Assembly (NCBI GenBank): GCA_037440465.1
Contig: JBBIUB010000009.1
Coordinates: forward strand, 1 to 61,578
DNA: 61,578 nt
Direction: 5' to 3'
DNA from: Coprothermobacterota bacterium
Lineage (GTDB): Bacteria > Coprothermobacterota > HKB111
Shown here: positions 9,662 through 20,650 of the stretch, in pieces
Layout: each line of letters starts with the position of its first letter
Numbering within the stretch: the stretch's first letter is position 1
Position numbers and translations under genes: made by a program
Notes under the pieces: model-generated
Told to the model about the DNA's origin: nothing
What the model saw: the letters and a program-made list of their open reading frames with translations, nothing else
The model's database searches: none

Positions 9662-10723
9662 TTAACCAGTAATAGGCTTTTTAACCTTTATAAGAAAAAC
9701 CAGTAAACCGAGTATTAGTAAGTCAATACCTATTAAGAAAAAAACATCAGTCCTTATATCCAACCAGCCTCCACCCTTTTGGGTTAATTCAACAATAGGT
9801 TGGATAAGGTAATATGTTGGGAAAAACCATCCTAACCAGGCAGGTATTTTGGGAAACATATACATAAAAGCTGGGAAGAATAGTAAAATACCGCATGACT
9901 TCCAAATTGCAAAAAGTGTTGTGAAGTCTTTTACAAAAGTTCCAGATATCATACCTATAATTACTGCCATGATCCCACCCAGAAAAAGCAAAAGTATCAG
10001 TAACCATGGATGAGCACCAAATGCCTGGTTCAGAAATAGAATTATTATTCCCATTAATAAACTAACTAAAATTCCCATTAACCCTTTAGCAAATAAAACA
10101 TCTATAAGCGATGTCGGAGTAACAATAATAGCCTGGATAGTCCCTTTTACTTTTTCTCCAATTATTGATGAAGCAGGTAAGAATAGACCACCTAAAAATA
10201 CTGCCATAAGCACTACCAACGGGAACAACCGATCATTCCAGGGGATTGCTTCGCCTTCCCCTATAGTAATTGATTCTACAATAACCGGATTCTCCAAACC
10301 GGAAAGTTCTCTAACTCTACTGGCAATGATTATCCCGACCATAATACGGTTTTTAGCCAGACTTTCTCCCCAGACATAAACAGAAACTCTGGTTTTAACA
10401 CCAGTTTTTACCTGATTATCAAAATCAGGCGGTAAAACCATTCCCAGATCAACCACACCTTTTTCAACTGCGACTTTCAAGCCTGCAACAGATTCGTATT
10501 TTTTAACGGTGAGCGAATCAAGCTTTTTTAACATCTCAACAATTTGAGATGTTCCCTGGTCAAAAACACCAAGCTTGGGTTTTTCTGAAAAGAGAGTACC
10601 AAAAACCAGGGAAACGAGAAGTGAAATTAGGATTGGTGCTAAAACTACCCAGATAAAAAGAAAGTTTTTTGAACTATGGATCAATTCCTTACCCAGTAGT
10701 ATCAGTATCCTCTTTAAACTCAT
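9662..10723 (-). CDS. ABC-2 type exporter permease
   Basis: TM helix, large loop, then TM bundle; EKVKGT..VTP motif. Confidence 0.85.
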   Translation of the reverse strand: MSLKRILILLGKELIHSSKNFLFIWVVLAPILISLLVSLVFGTLFSEKPKLGVFDQGTSQIVEMLKKLDSLTVKKYESVAGLKVAVEKGVVDLGMVLPPDFDNQVKTGVKTRVSVYVWGESLAKNRIMVGIIIASRVRELSGLENPVIVESITIGEGEAIPWNDRLFPLVVLMAVFLGGLFLPASSIIGEKVKGTIQAIIVTPTSLIDVLFAKGLMGILVSLLMGIIILFLNQAFGAHPWLLILLLFLGGIMAVIIGMISGTFVKDFTTLFAIWKSCGILLFFPAFMYMFPKIPAWLGWFFPTYYLIQPIVELTQKGGGWLDIRTDVFFLIGIDLLILGLLVFLIKVKKPITG

Positions 10724-11781
10724 TACTGATACCTCCTCTTAAGTATATAAACTCCAACGGATAATATTCCTAAAGAATATACCAATAATATGAGTAGGTT
10801 TTGCCAGATGTTCTGCCAACTGTAACCAAAATTCATAACCCGATGGATAGACTCCGTCAGGTAATAAGTTGGAAGAATTTTTACCCAGTTAGTAACAATT
10901 GCTCCAGGTAAAAGAATATTTATTGAAGGTACTAATAAAACAATAAAAGCTATTACTCCCCAGGCTAAAACGCTCATCATATCACGGGCAACAGAACCAA
11001 TCAGAAAACTAATCCCGGTTACTATTATGCAACCCAATAGTAACGTTATCAGAATGAGAAGAGGTTGATTTTTCAACTCGCCCACAATAACCAGGAACAG
11101 TAATGCCTGACTTAATGCGAGAATTAATCCAGTTAAACCTTTAGCTATAAAAATATCCTGTATGCGGGTTGGGGTTACCAGAAGTGCCTGGATGGTTCTT
11201 TTTTCAATTTCTTCACTAATCAGATTTGCCAGTCCAAAGGTCTCTGTTATTAAAAGAAAAAATACCAGGAGGGGAATTATTCTTTTTCCAGGCGATACTT
11301 GTTTCCCTACCATATCAGGCCCAATCGTTTCTTCAATTACCTCTATTGCCAGAGTATAGCCAGCCTGTATAAAAAATAATTCATTAACAAAAATTGATAT
11401 GGCGCTCTTAATCTCAGGTTCTAATTCTGCTGAAAGATATGTTTTAACTATAGGTTTTTCACCTTTCTTCAGTTTTTCCATAATATCAGCTGGAAATACC
11501 AAGCCTGCCACAACCTTACCCTTACTAACCGCCTCTTTTAAATCCTTTTCAATTTTGTAAGTTTCTATTTTTAATCCTTCATTTTGAATTCTCTCTATTA
11601 TGGGTGGCATTACAGGAGCATAAACACCTATTTCCATTACTTCGTCAACTGTTTTTGGAAGGAAAAAATATGCAAAAAGATAAAAAACAAGACCCAAGAC
11701 AGTGATAACTGCAATAAAACGATTCTTAAAGAAAAGTGTGAAATCCTTTATAAAAAGTGTTTTTATGATACGAAAATTCAT
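10723..11781 (-). CDS. ABC-2 type exporter permease
   Basis: Paralogue of its neighbour; EIEKRT..LLVTP motif. Confidence 0.85.
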   Translation of the reverse strand: MNFRIIKTLFIKDFTLFFKNRFIAVITVLGLVFYLFAYFFLPKTVDEVMEIGVYAPVMPPIIERIQNEGLKIETYKIEKDLKEAVSKGKVVAGLVFPADIMEKLKKGEKPIVKTYLSAELEPEIKSAISIFVNELFFIQAGYTLAIEVIEETIGPDMVGKQVSPGKRIIPLLVFFLLITETFGLANLISEEIEKRTIQALLVTPTRIQDIFIAKGLTGLILALSQALLFLVIVGELKNQPLLILITLLLGCIIVTGISFLIGSVARDMMSVLAWGVIAFIVLLVPSINILLPGAIVTNWVKILPTYYLTESIHRVMNFGYSWQNIWQNLLILLVYSLGILSVGVYILKRRYQ

Positions 11782-12647
11782 TATATAAGACCTCTTCCTG
11801 TAATCTTTATAAAGATATCTTCCAGTGTTGCTTCTTTGCTATGTATGGTAATAACTTTTTCATTGGTGAATAATTTACTTACCTCAGATGGAGTATCATT
11901 AGTATCAAGTAAAATTTCTTTATCAACAATCTCGCCATTTTCAGCCCTGACATTAGCTTTCAAAGCTCTTTTGCCATACTGCTGTTTAAGATTTAAAGGC
12001 GTATCAAGAGCAACAATTTTGCCCTGGTCAATAAAACCTACTCTGTCTGATAATTTATCTGCCTCCCACATGTCGTGAGTGGTGAGAAAAATAGTTGCTC
12101 CTCTATCGCGTTCCTCAAGGATGATTTTTCGTATCTCTTCTGAAGAAACCGGGTCAAGACCCATAGTTGGTTCGTCAAGAAAGATAATTTTAGGTCTGTT
12201 TACAAAAGCGCGGGCAATCATCAACCTTTGTTTCATACCCTTAGAGTATCCTTCTACTCTATCTCTCTCTCTTCCACCCAGACCTACCCTCTTGAGAATT
12301 TCATAAGGGTTATAATCTTTTACACCAAAAAGCCTGGCAAAAAGAGTTAAATTATCAACAGCTGACATCTGCTCATAAAGGTTGGTTACTTCAAAACATA
12401 CACCGATTTCACCCTGGATTTCTTTCATATGTTTACTTATATCCTTACCTAATAAAAATGCTCGACCGGTTTTAGGTTTGAGAAGACCTATAAGTATTTT
12501 AACTGTGGTAGTCTTCCCTGCACCGTTTGGTCCAAGAAAACCAAGGATTTCTCCTTCTTTGACATTAAAACTAATGTTGTTAACTGCTAAGAGTTTGTGG
12601 TACTGGTAAGATAAATCTTCTACAACAATGGCTAAATTATTATTCAT
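11781..12647 (-). CDS. ABC exporter ATP-binding protein
   Basis: GPNGAGKT, YSKGMKQR, LDEPT. Confidence 0.92.
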   Translation of the reverse strand: MNNNLAIVVEDLSYQYHKLLAVNNISFNVKEGEILGFLGPNGAGKTTTVKILIGLLKPKTGRAFLLGKDISKHMKEIQGEIGVCFEVTNLYEQMSAVDNLTLFARLFGVKDYNPYEILKRVGLGGRERDRVEGYSKGMKQRLMIARAFVNRPKIIFLDEPTMGLDPVSSEEIRKIILEERDRGATIFLTTHDMWEADKLSDRVGFIDQGKIVALDTPLNLKQQYGKRALKANVRAENGEIVDKEILLDTNDTPSEVSKLFTNEKVITIHSKEATLEDIFIKITGRGLI

Positions 12648-12844
12648 GTTTCCCCCTATATGTTTTATAATAACCCCGTTTCATGTATAAATAATCAACT
12701 GCCAAGATTTTTTATACGATTTCTCCTTTTTGAATATATACCTATAAAAAAAAATTGTCAAGAATATTTTATTCTAATGTCAATTAATACTCAAAAGAGT
12801 TGTATTTATAGTTGATTTCTTCTATCTCCTGACTCTAATTTATT

Positions 12845-12913
12845 GTCTCACCTTTAATATATTTAAGGTTCTTATTCTTAAAAGATGAGATGCTGAAACA
12901 AATTCAGCATGAC
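12845..12913. repeat. REP-like doublet (one intact, one decayed copy)
   Basis: AGATGCTGAAACAAATTCAGCATGAC at 12888-12913 with a decayed inverted copy upstream. Confidence 0.7.
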
Positions 12914-12925
12914 CAAGCCTAAGAT

Positions 12926-12959
12926 AAAAAAACGGGCGGTACTAAAAAGCACCGCCCGT
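12926..12959 (-). terminator. Intrinsic terminator after folD-fhs
   Basis: ACGGGCGGT stem followed by a T-run on the minus strand. Confidence 0.85.
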
Positions 12960-12985
12960 GTATAACTTTTGCAAACTATTTTTTA

Positions 12986-14761
12986 TTAGAACAGACCTGA
13001 TACCTTTCCAGTGTTTACATCCACATCTACTCTTCTATAAGCTGGGTCGGAAGAAGTCCCGGGCATAAGGGTAATAGTGCCTGTCATCGGGCAAAGGAAC
13101 TTTGCACCCGAGAAGATTAGAATATCTCTCACTGGCAATATCCAACCTTTGGGGGCACCCTTTCTGGTTGGATCATGTGTAAGGCTAAGATGGGTTTTAA
13201 CCATCATAGTCTGGAAATCTGCATACTTAGGGTCAGATTCCACCATCTTAGCTTTTGCTTCTGCTTCTGGAGTCCAACTTACACCGTCAGCTCCATAAAC
13301 AACCTTTGCAATCTTTTCTACTCTATCCCTGAGCTTAGTTTCTAATGGATAGAGGAACTTGAAGTCTGATTTTTCTTTGCAGGCATCTATTACAACATCA
13401 GCAAGCTCAAGAGCGCCATCTCCACCATAACGCCAGTGTTGAGACACTGCACAACGAGCCCCAGTTGCTTCCACAGCTTTTTTAACTACAGCTATTTCCT
13501 CTTCAGTATCAGTATGGAAAGAATTGATACACACCACGGGATTAGCACCGGAAGTTTTTATAGTGTTTAGGTGCTGCATTAAGTTACATAGTCCTTTTTC
13601 TACCAATCCCACATCTTCCTTTGTGTAGGAATCAGGTAAAGGTAAACCCGGAGTAACTGTAGGTCCACCACCATGCATCTTCAAAGCTCTTATGGTAGCC
13701 ACAAGAACTACGACATTTGGATAAAGACCACTGAGCCTGCTTTTAACATTCCAGAACTTCTCAAAACCTATATCAGCACCAAAACCGCTTTCTGTTACAT
13801 GGTAATCAAACATTTTTAAGCCTAAACGGTCAGCAATAATGGAAGACTGACCTATGGCGATGTTAGCAAAGGGTCCTGCGTGAACCAGAACAGGTTGATA
13901 CTCAGCAGTCCAGCAAAGGGTGGGATTGATGGTATTTCTCATCCAGGCAGTCATGGCACCACCCACTTCTAAATCACCTGTGGTTACCGGGTTACCTCTT
14001 TTGTCAAAGGCTACGGTTATCTTGTCCAGTCTATCTCTAAGATCAGCTAAATCCCGAGCTATAGCGAGAATAGCCATAAGTTCAGAACTTACTGCAATAC
14101 CAAATTTTGACTGCATAAGAAAACCATCTTTTTCCCCGCCCAGACCAATAATAATATTCCTCAGGCTTTGGGCACAGAAGTCAATTATCCAACCAAGTTC
14201 CACTCTGGTGGAATCTACGTCTAATCTACGAAGTCCCCTTCTGGAAAGTTCTTTATCAGTGTAGTTTCTTTCATGCTGCATCCTGGCGGTAAGAGCAACC
14301 ATAGCCAGATTGTGAGCATTCATTATATCGTTGATGTCCCCTGTAAGACCCAGAGAAAACTCTGTCATAGGAATAAGTAAAGATAAGCCACCACCTGCAG
14401 CAGTTCCCTTAATATTCATAGTGGGTCCACCAGAAGGCTGGCGAATTGCACCACCCACATTCACGCCTCGCTTACTCAAGCCTTCTATAAGGCCCAAAGA
14501 GGTAGTAGTTTTCCCCTCACCGAGGGGAGTGGGGGTGATGGCAGTTACATCAATAAATTTTCCATTGGGTTTATCTTTGTATCGTTCAATAATCTTGAGA
14601 AAATCAAGCTTGCATAACTTATTACCATATGGCAGGACTTCCTCTTTGTGAAGACCTAACATTTCCCTGGCTTCATCAACAAGAGGCATATGCTCTTCGG
14701 CTGCATATCCGATCTCCCAGTCTTTCATAACAGTAGGATCATATTTCACATGGTGTGTCAT
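12986..14761 (-). CDS. fhs: Formate-tetrahydrofolate ligase
   Basis: [41 protein letters not shown]. Confidence 0.95.
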   Translation of the reverse strand: MTHHVKYDPTVMKDWEIGYAAEEHMPLVDEAREMLGLHKEEVLPYGNKLCKLDFLKIIERYKDKPNGKFIDVTAITPTPLGEGKTTTSLGLIEGLSKRGVNVGGAIRQPSGGPTMNIKGTAAGGGLSLLIPMTEFSLGLTGDINDIMNAHNLAMVALTARMQHERNYTDKELSRRGLRRLDVDSTRVELGWIIDFCAQSLRNIIIGLGGEKDGFLMQSKFGIAVSSELMAILAIARDLADLRDRLDKITVAFDKRGNPVTTGDLEVGGAMTAWMRNTINPTLCWTAEYQPVLVHAGPFANIAIGQSSIIADRLGLKMFDYHVTESGFGADIGFEKFWNVKSRLSGLYPNVVVLVATIRALKMHGGGPTVTPGLPLPDSYTKEDVGLVEKGLCNLMQHLNTIKTSGANPVVCINSFHTDTEEEIAVVKKAVEATGARCAVSQHWRYGGDGALELADVVIDACKEKSDFKFLYPLETKLRDRVEKIAKVVYGADGVSWTPEAEAKAKMVESDPKYADFQTMMVKTHLSLTHDPTRKGAPKGWILPVRDILIFSGAKFLCPMTGTITLMPGTSSDPAYRRVDVDVNTGKVSGLF

Positions 14762-14850
14762 ATAAACTCTTCACATCCTCCTTATTTTAATTATTTAATT
14801 ACCTGATTAGTTGATAAGTCTGGCTACTTGGATTCTAAAGCCCACCTCCT

Positions 14851-15759
14851 TTACTCACATTTGTTTGAACAAAAGCATGATTTAGCTTGTCTCTCGGCAG
14901 CATCAACTGTATTAACCAAAAGCATGGTGACAGTCATAGGACCAACACCACCTGGCACAGGGGTAATAGCTTCAGCTTTTTCTTTAACAGCATTAAAATC
15001 AACATCTCCTACTAACTTGAATCCCCTCTTGCTTGTTGGGTCGTCAACACGGTTCACACCCACATCTATAACCACAGCTCCTTCTTTCACCATATCTGCA
15101 GTTATAACCCTGGGAACCCCCATAGCAGCTACCAGAATATCCGCCTGTCTGGTAATAGAAGTTAAATCCTTTGTTCCAGTATGTACAACAGTAACAGTTG
15201 CATTAGCACCTCTTGCCTTTTGTATAAAAATAGCAGCCAGGGGTTTACCGACAATATTGCTTCTACCACAGATAACCACATGCTTTCCTTCTGGTGAGTA
15301 TCCACTCCTTACCAGGAGTTGCTGGACTCCATGAGGAGTACATGGAAGGAAGCACTCTTCACCCCGGAGAAGTTTTCCTACATTTATGGGATGGAAAGCA
15401 TCTACATCCTTTTCAGGGGAAATAAAATTGATTATTTTACGGTCGTCAATATGTTTGGGTAAGGGAAGTTGCACAAGTATACCGTTAAATTTAGGGTCTT
15501 TATTTAACCTGTCAACAGTAGCAAGAACTTCTTCTTCTGTTGTATTAGCTGGAAGTCGCATGGTCTCTTCATAAATGCCTACTTCAGCACAACCTTTAGC
15601 TTTAGCAGTTATATAAGATACAGATGCAGGGTCTTCTCCAACTAATACCACTGCTAATGCCGGAATAATACCCTTTCCCTTGAGCTCTTCTACCTTCCTT
15701 GAAAGTTCCTGGCGAATCTCAGCCGCCACAACATTCCCATCAATAATCTTTGCAACCAT
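14851..15759 (-). CDS. folD: Methylene-THF dehydrogenase/cyclohydrolase
   Basis: [36 protein letters not shown]. Confidence 0.96.
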   Translation of the reverse strand: MVAKIIDGNVVAAEIRQELSRKVEELKGKGIIPALAVVLVGEDPASVSYITAKAKGCAEVGIYEETMRLPANTTEEEVLATVDRLNKDPKFNGILVQLPLPKHIDDRKIINFISPEKDVDAFHPINVGKLLRGEECFLPCTPHGVQQLLVRSGYSPEGKHVVICGRSNIVGKPLAAIFIQKARGANATVTVVHTGTKDLTSITRQADILVAAMGVPRVITADMVKEGAVVIDVGVNRVDDPTSKRGFKLVGDVDFNAVKEKAEAITPVPGGVGPMTVTMLLVNTVDAAERQAKSCFCSNKCE

Positions 15760-15989
15760 ACAAAGCCTCCTTTATTTTTATTGCTAAATACCTCAGGTAG
15801 AAGGGGGGTAGTTTTTATATTGAATTAAAAATGTCTAACACTCATCGCCCCCAAAGTAGGTAGCATCCCCTGAAAATAAACTTAACAGGGGTTGTTAACC
15901 TTAAATATTTAAGCATTTATTAACCTTATAGTCAATAGATTTGGAATATCATGTTAATGAAATAAATTCAGGATTAAATGAAGAAGGTT

Positions 15990-16123
15990 GTCACCCTGAA
16001 TGAACCATGTCCTGAGCCATGTGCCGAACTTGATTCAGCATTGTTTCAGGATTGGTTCAGGGTCTCATATTATTAGAATGATAGATAATAAAAACATAGA
16101 TGCTGAAACGGGTTCAGCATGAC
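15990..16123. repeat. Triple-nested REP-like hairpin (15990-16066) plus a simple copy (16098-16123)
   Basis: Concentric stems TGAACCA/TGGTTCA, TCCTGA/TCAGGA and TGCCGAA/TTCAGCA; similar copies at 33128 and 40145. Confidence 0.85.
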
Positions 16124-16191
16124 GGTAATAGAGATCCTGAAATACCCTCTTCTAATCCCCCTCTTTTCTAAAGAGGGGCCAGGGGAGATTA

Positions 16192-16213
16192 GTCAAATGC
16201 GTAGACCTGACCC
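16192..16213 (-). repeat. GGGTCAGG..TTGAC variant repeat
   Basis: Exact reverse complement of 53589-53610. Confidence 0.85.
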
Positions 16214-16258
16214 TAATTGTAAAAGAAAAAAACATTATGATAACATAGTATAATTTCT

Positions 16259-17845
16259 TTGTTACAAGCAAAAAAGGGGATTGATTATATGATGGAAAAA
16301 ATTGATTCTATATATTTTAACAAAGGTATCAAGCTGGAAAAGCTATTACTGGAAGATTTGATAAAGGTCAAGAACTTCCTTGAACTTCAAGTCCAACAGA
16401 TGCCTATCGGTCTAATAATTTGGGATACAGACTTCAGAGTACATTCCTGGAATCCAGCTTCTGAAAAAATCTTTGGTTTTAAGGCAGAAGAGGTTTTGGG
16501 AAAACATCCCTATGAGCTCATAGTTCCACTTTCAGCTAAACCGCATGTTGAGAACATATGGCGTCGGCTGCTGGAAGGGGATACTACCTCCCACAGTGTT
16601 AATGAGAACATAACTAAAGTTGGGCGTACTATTATCTGTAAATGGTCTAACACACCTTTGAAAACAAAAGACAACAGGGTCATAGGTGTTCTATCCATGG
16701 TTGAGGACATCACTGAACAAAAGAAAATGGAGGAAGAAATTCACCTAATGCAGACCTTAACCCTGGGAATCAGTATATCGGAAGATTTTTCCTCAGCCCT
16801 GAAGATAACCCTTCGTAATATTTGTGAGGCTACAGGATGGGCCTATGGAGAAGCCTGGGTTCTTGATAAGGAAAAAAAACACTTGGTGTGTAACCCTGCC
16901 TATTACTGCAAAGTAGCTGAGTTGGAAAACTTCAGAGCAAAAAGTGAATAATTTACCTTCCCACCAGGAATAGGTTTACCAGGTCGTGTTTGGGAATCAG
17001 GACAATCTCTGTGGATAACTGATGTGACTAAAGACCAGGCTTTTCCCCGTGCACCTCTGGCTATAGAGTTCGGGTTTAGAACTGCAGTAGGTATCCCTAT
17101 AGTAGCCAACGGAGATGTCGTGGCTGTAATGAATTTCTTCCTTGACAAACAACATGATGAAGATAAAGCCTTCATTAATCTCATCTCCACCATCGCTACC
17201 AACCTTGGTTTGCTCTTCCAGCGTAAACACGCAGAGGATGACCTTAGAGAAAGCCACCAGAAACTAAAGAAAATATTGGAAGACACCATTCATGTTCTGG
17301 CCTCCACAGTCGAAACGAGAGACCCCTACACCGCTGGTCACCAGAAAAGAGTAGCAAGTATAGCCTGCTCTATTGCTGAAGAGATGGAATTACCAGAGGA
17401 CACTATTGAAGGAACTCGTGTTAGTGGCCTTCTCCACGACCTGGGCAAGCTGACTGTACCAATTGAGATTCTTAGTAAACCAGGCAGGATATCTGAGTAT
17501 GAGTTTAATATCATTAAAAATCATGCTTCGGTAGGATACGAACTACTTAAAACTGTAGATTTTACCTGGCCTGTAGCTAATGTGGCTCTTCAGCATCACG
17601 AAAGATGGGACGGTTCTGGATACCCTCGGGGATTAAAGAATGGAGAAATCATTCTGGAAGCCAGAATCCTGGCCGTAGCAAATACAGTAGAAGCTATGGC
17701 TTCTCATCGACCTTACAGACCTGCTCTGGGAATAGATAAAGCACTGGAACAGATAACTAATAATAAAGGTGTTCTTTATGACCCTGATGTGGTAGATGCC
17801 TGTGTAAGACTTTTCACTGAGAAGGGTTTCAACCCCCTTTTCTAA
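16259..17845 (+). pseudogene. PAS-GAF-HD-GYP protein interrupted by an in-frame TAA at 16949-16951
   Basis: The same frame continues FTFPPGIGLPGRVW (GAF) into the HD-GYP domain; the conserved AVAD is AVAN. Confidence 0.8.
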
Positions 17846-17901
17846 AGGGGGCAGTTGGTGGGATTATATTTTAGTTCCAATTAATTCTTTTGTATTGAAT
17901 A

Positions 17902-17929
17902 TTATGAGTATATCTGAGTATAGTCATAA
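17902..17929. promoter_or_regulatory. Palindromic operator candidate upstream of the stress cluster
   Basis: TTATGAGTATA-N6-TATAGTCATAA, one mismatch between the arms. Confidence 0.45.
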
Positions 17930-18002
17930 AAAAATTTTTTTATGGTAAAATTTAACGTAATCTAAAAAAGTTTTAGAACAAAATTCAATTGAAAAGGAGG
18001 AT

Positions 18003-18593
18003 TTGAAATTGAAAGAAACAATCAAAAACTTAGCCAGAGCCTTTATCGGTGAAAGTCAAGCCAGGAACAGGTACACTTTTTACTCTAAAATTGCCAGAAA
18101 AGGGGGTTATGAGCAGATTGGTGAGATTTTCCTCATCACTGCAGATAACGAGAGAGAGCATGCCAGCTGGCTTTTTAAGTTGATAAATGAACTTAAAAAA
18201 AGTTCTTGTGAAAACCTTGATGAAATATCAGTTGATGCTTCAGCACCCACTACTTATGGCACTACTTCTGAAAACCTTAAAGCAGCAATTTCAGGCGAAA
18301 ACTATGAACATACAACAATGTATCCGGAATTTGCCGGTACAGCAGAAAAAGAAGGTTATCCAGATATCGCCAAGCGACTCCTCGCTATTGCTAAAGCAGA
18401 AGAACACCACGAAGAGAGATTCAAGAAGCTATTAAAAGAAGTTGAAGCTGGAACAGTTTTCAGTAAGGAAAGGGAAATCTGGTGGGTATGCCGAGAGTGT
18501 GGTTACACACATTTTGGGAAACAACCTCCTGATAAATGTCCTTCCTGCGACCATGAGAGAAGCTTCTACCAGGTTAAGTGTGAGGAATACTAA
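18003..18593 (+). CDS. rbr: Rubrerythrin
   Basis: [24 protein letters not shown]-terminal CRECGY..CPSC. Confidence 0.93.
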   Translation: MKLKETIKNLARAFIGESQARNRYTFYSKIARKGGYEQIGEIFLITADNEREHASWLFKLINELKKSSCENLDEISVDASAPTTYGTTSENLKAAISGENYEHTTMYPEFAGTAEKEGYPDIAKRLLAIAKAEEHHEERFKKLLKEVEAGTVFSKEREIWWVCRECGYTHFGKQPPDKCPSCDHERSFYQVKCEEY

Positions 18594-18619
18594 AGAGTTG
18601 TATTTAAAGGAGTGATTAT

Positions 18620-19129
18620 ATGAACCCCAAAACCCTCCACAAGGTAACCTACGGTATTTATATAGTTTGTTCCAGGCAGGATGATAAATTCAACGGTCAA
18701 ATTGCCAATACTGTCTTTCAGATTACTTCGGACCCGCCAACCATAGCCATAAGTATAAATAAACAGAATCTCACTCATCAATTCATCCAGGATAGCAAAG
18801 TTTTTACCGTATCAATACTATCAAAAGAAACACCACTGAAATTTATAGGGAATTTTGGTTTCAAGTCAGGTAGAGATGTTGATAAGTTCCAGGAAGTAAA
18901 AAATCAGATTGGCAAGACTGGGGCACCGGTGGTGATGGAAAATACCTTAGGTTATCTTGAGCTGGAAGTTATTGAAAGTCTTGATGTGGGTACGCATACT
19001 ATATTTATCGGAAAGGTTATAGAAGGTGAAATCATAAACGAAGACGAGCCAATGACATATGCTTATTATTTAGAAGTAAAGCGAGGGGCCTCACCAAAAA
19101 CAGCACCTACCTATATTAAAGAGAATTAA
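18620..19129 (+). CDS. Flavin reductase-like protein
   Basis: [43 protein letters not shown]. Confidence 0.85.
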   Translation: MNPKTLHKVTYGIYIVCSRQDDKFNGQIANTVFQITSDPPTIAISINKQNLTHQFIQDSKVFTVSILSKETPLKFIGNFGFKSGRDVDKFQEVKNQIGKTGAPVVMENTLGYLELEVIESLDVGTHTIFIGKVIEGEIINEDEPMTYAYYLEVKRGASPKTAPTYIKEN

Positions 19130-19170
19130 ATCCACCTTACAATAAAGGTAATAAACAGGGAGGTGATAAA

Positions 19171-19332
19171 ATGGACAAGTACAAATGCACGGTTTGTGGG
19201 TACATCTATGATCCTCTAGTAGGAGACCCGGATTCAGGCATCAAACCAGGCACACCCTTTGATTTACTGCCCGACGACTGGGTGTGTCCCCTTTGCGGAG
19301 TAGGAAAAGATATGTTTGAAAAGGAGGACTAA
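19171..19332 (+). CDS. Rubredoxin (53 aa, not in the ORF track)
   Basis: Translates [15 protein letters not shown]...[28 protein letters not shown] upstream. Confidence 0.95.
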   Translation: MDKYKCTVCGYIYDPLVGDPDSGIKPGTPFDLLPDDWVCPLCGVGKDMFEKED

Positions 19333-19333
19333 A

Positions 19334-20649
19334 ATGATGGAAGAAGGGAAATTGGCGATGTTTTGCTACCAGTGCTCCCAAACAGCCCATGGCACAGGGT
19401 GCATGGTAAGGGGAGTGTGTGGAAAAGAGTCTACGGTAGCTCGCCTTCAAGATAACCTGTTGTTAGCTTCAAAGGGTATGGCAGCATATCTTTATCATGC
19501 GAGGGAGCTTGGTTATACTGATGATGAAGTGGACTCTTTTCTTGAGAGGGCTTTTTATGCAACTTTCACAAACGTCAACTTTGACCCGGAAAATATCTTA
19601 AACCTGGCCCTGGAAGCTGGAGATATGAATGTTAGGACGATGAGACTTCTTAAAAAAGCCCACATAGAAACTTATGGAGAACCCATTCAATAAAAGTAAA
19701 CACAGGCACTGTTAAAGGTAAAGGTATAATCGTTACCGGGCACGGACTTAAAGCCTTAGAAGAACTCTTGAAGCAGACTGAGGGGAGAGGGATAAATGTC
19801 TATACTCATTCAGAACTGCTTCCCGCCCATGGTTATCCTGGTTTGAAGAAATACAAGCATTTGGTTGGCAATCTTGGTAAAGCTTGGTTTGATCAGAGAC
19901 AACTATTCTCAAAATATCCCGTAGCCATATTGGTCACATCCAACTGTGTGCAGCCTCCTCTGGACGCATATAGATATAGAATGTTTACCACTGGACCTGT
20001 TAAGCTTCCAGGTATTAAACATATAGAGGGTTATGATTTTTCCCCGGTTATAGAAAAAGCCCTAACCTTACCGAAAATTTCTGAAGAACCAAATGAGACA
20101 GTATTAACGACAGGGTTCTCCGCAAATACCGTAGTATCTCTCAAAGATAAAATTAAAGAACTTGTAGAAAGGGGTAAAATCCGTCACTTCTTCCTGGTTG
20201 GCGGTTGTGATTCTCCTCATAAAAAAGCCAGCTATTACAGAGAATTTGTCCAGAAATTACCACCAGATACAGTAATATTAACCTTAGCTTGTGGAAAATT
20301 CAGATTCAATGACCTTGACCTGGGAGAAGTTGAAGGTATTCCTCGGTTAATTGATTTAGGTCAATGTAACGATTCCATCGTGGCCATAGAAATAGCCAGT
20401 GCTCTTTCTGAACTATTCGGGATAGGAATTAACGAACTTCCTCTTACTCTGGTTATTAGTTGGATGGAGCAAAAGGCTGCTGCAATCCTATGGAGTCTGC
20501 TATACCTTAGTATTAAGGGCATACACCTTGGTCCGATTATTCCGGGTTGGATAAACAATGAGATGGTAAAAATATTACGGGATAATTTTAATTTAAAACT
20601 AATCGGTGACCCTGAAGAAGATATAAAAGAAATGCTTAAAGGAGCTTAA
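19334..20649 (+). pseudogene. hcp: Hybrid cluster protein (short class III type), frameshifted near 19685-19690
   Basis: [14 protein letters not shown]-terminus; continues in the -1 frame as [35 protein letters not shown]. Confidence 0.85.
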
Positions 20650-20650
20650 T

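Noticed and set aside
9439..9672. 77-aa ORF across the repeat, and the many short antisense ORFs in the track
   Set aside because: They overlap repeats or well-supported genes on the other strand and lack SD or family motifs
16949..16951. Stop-codon recoding (Sec/Pyl or alternative genetic code)
   Set aside because: The codon is TAA, which ends many normal genes in this window; no in-frame TGA at a Cys-equivalent position was noticed
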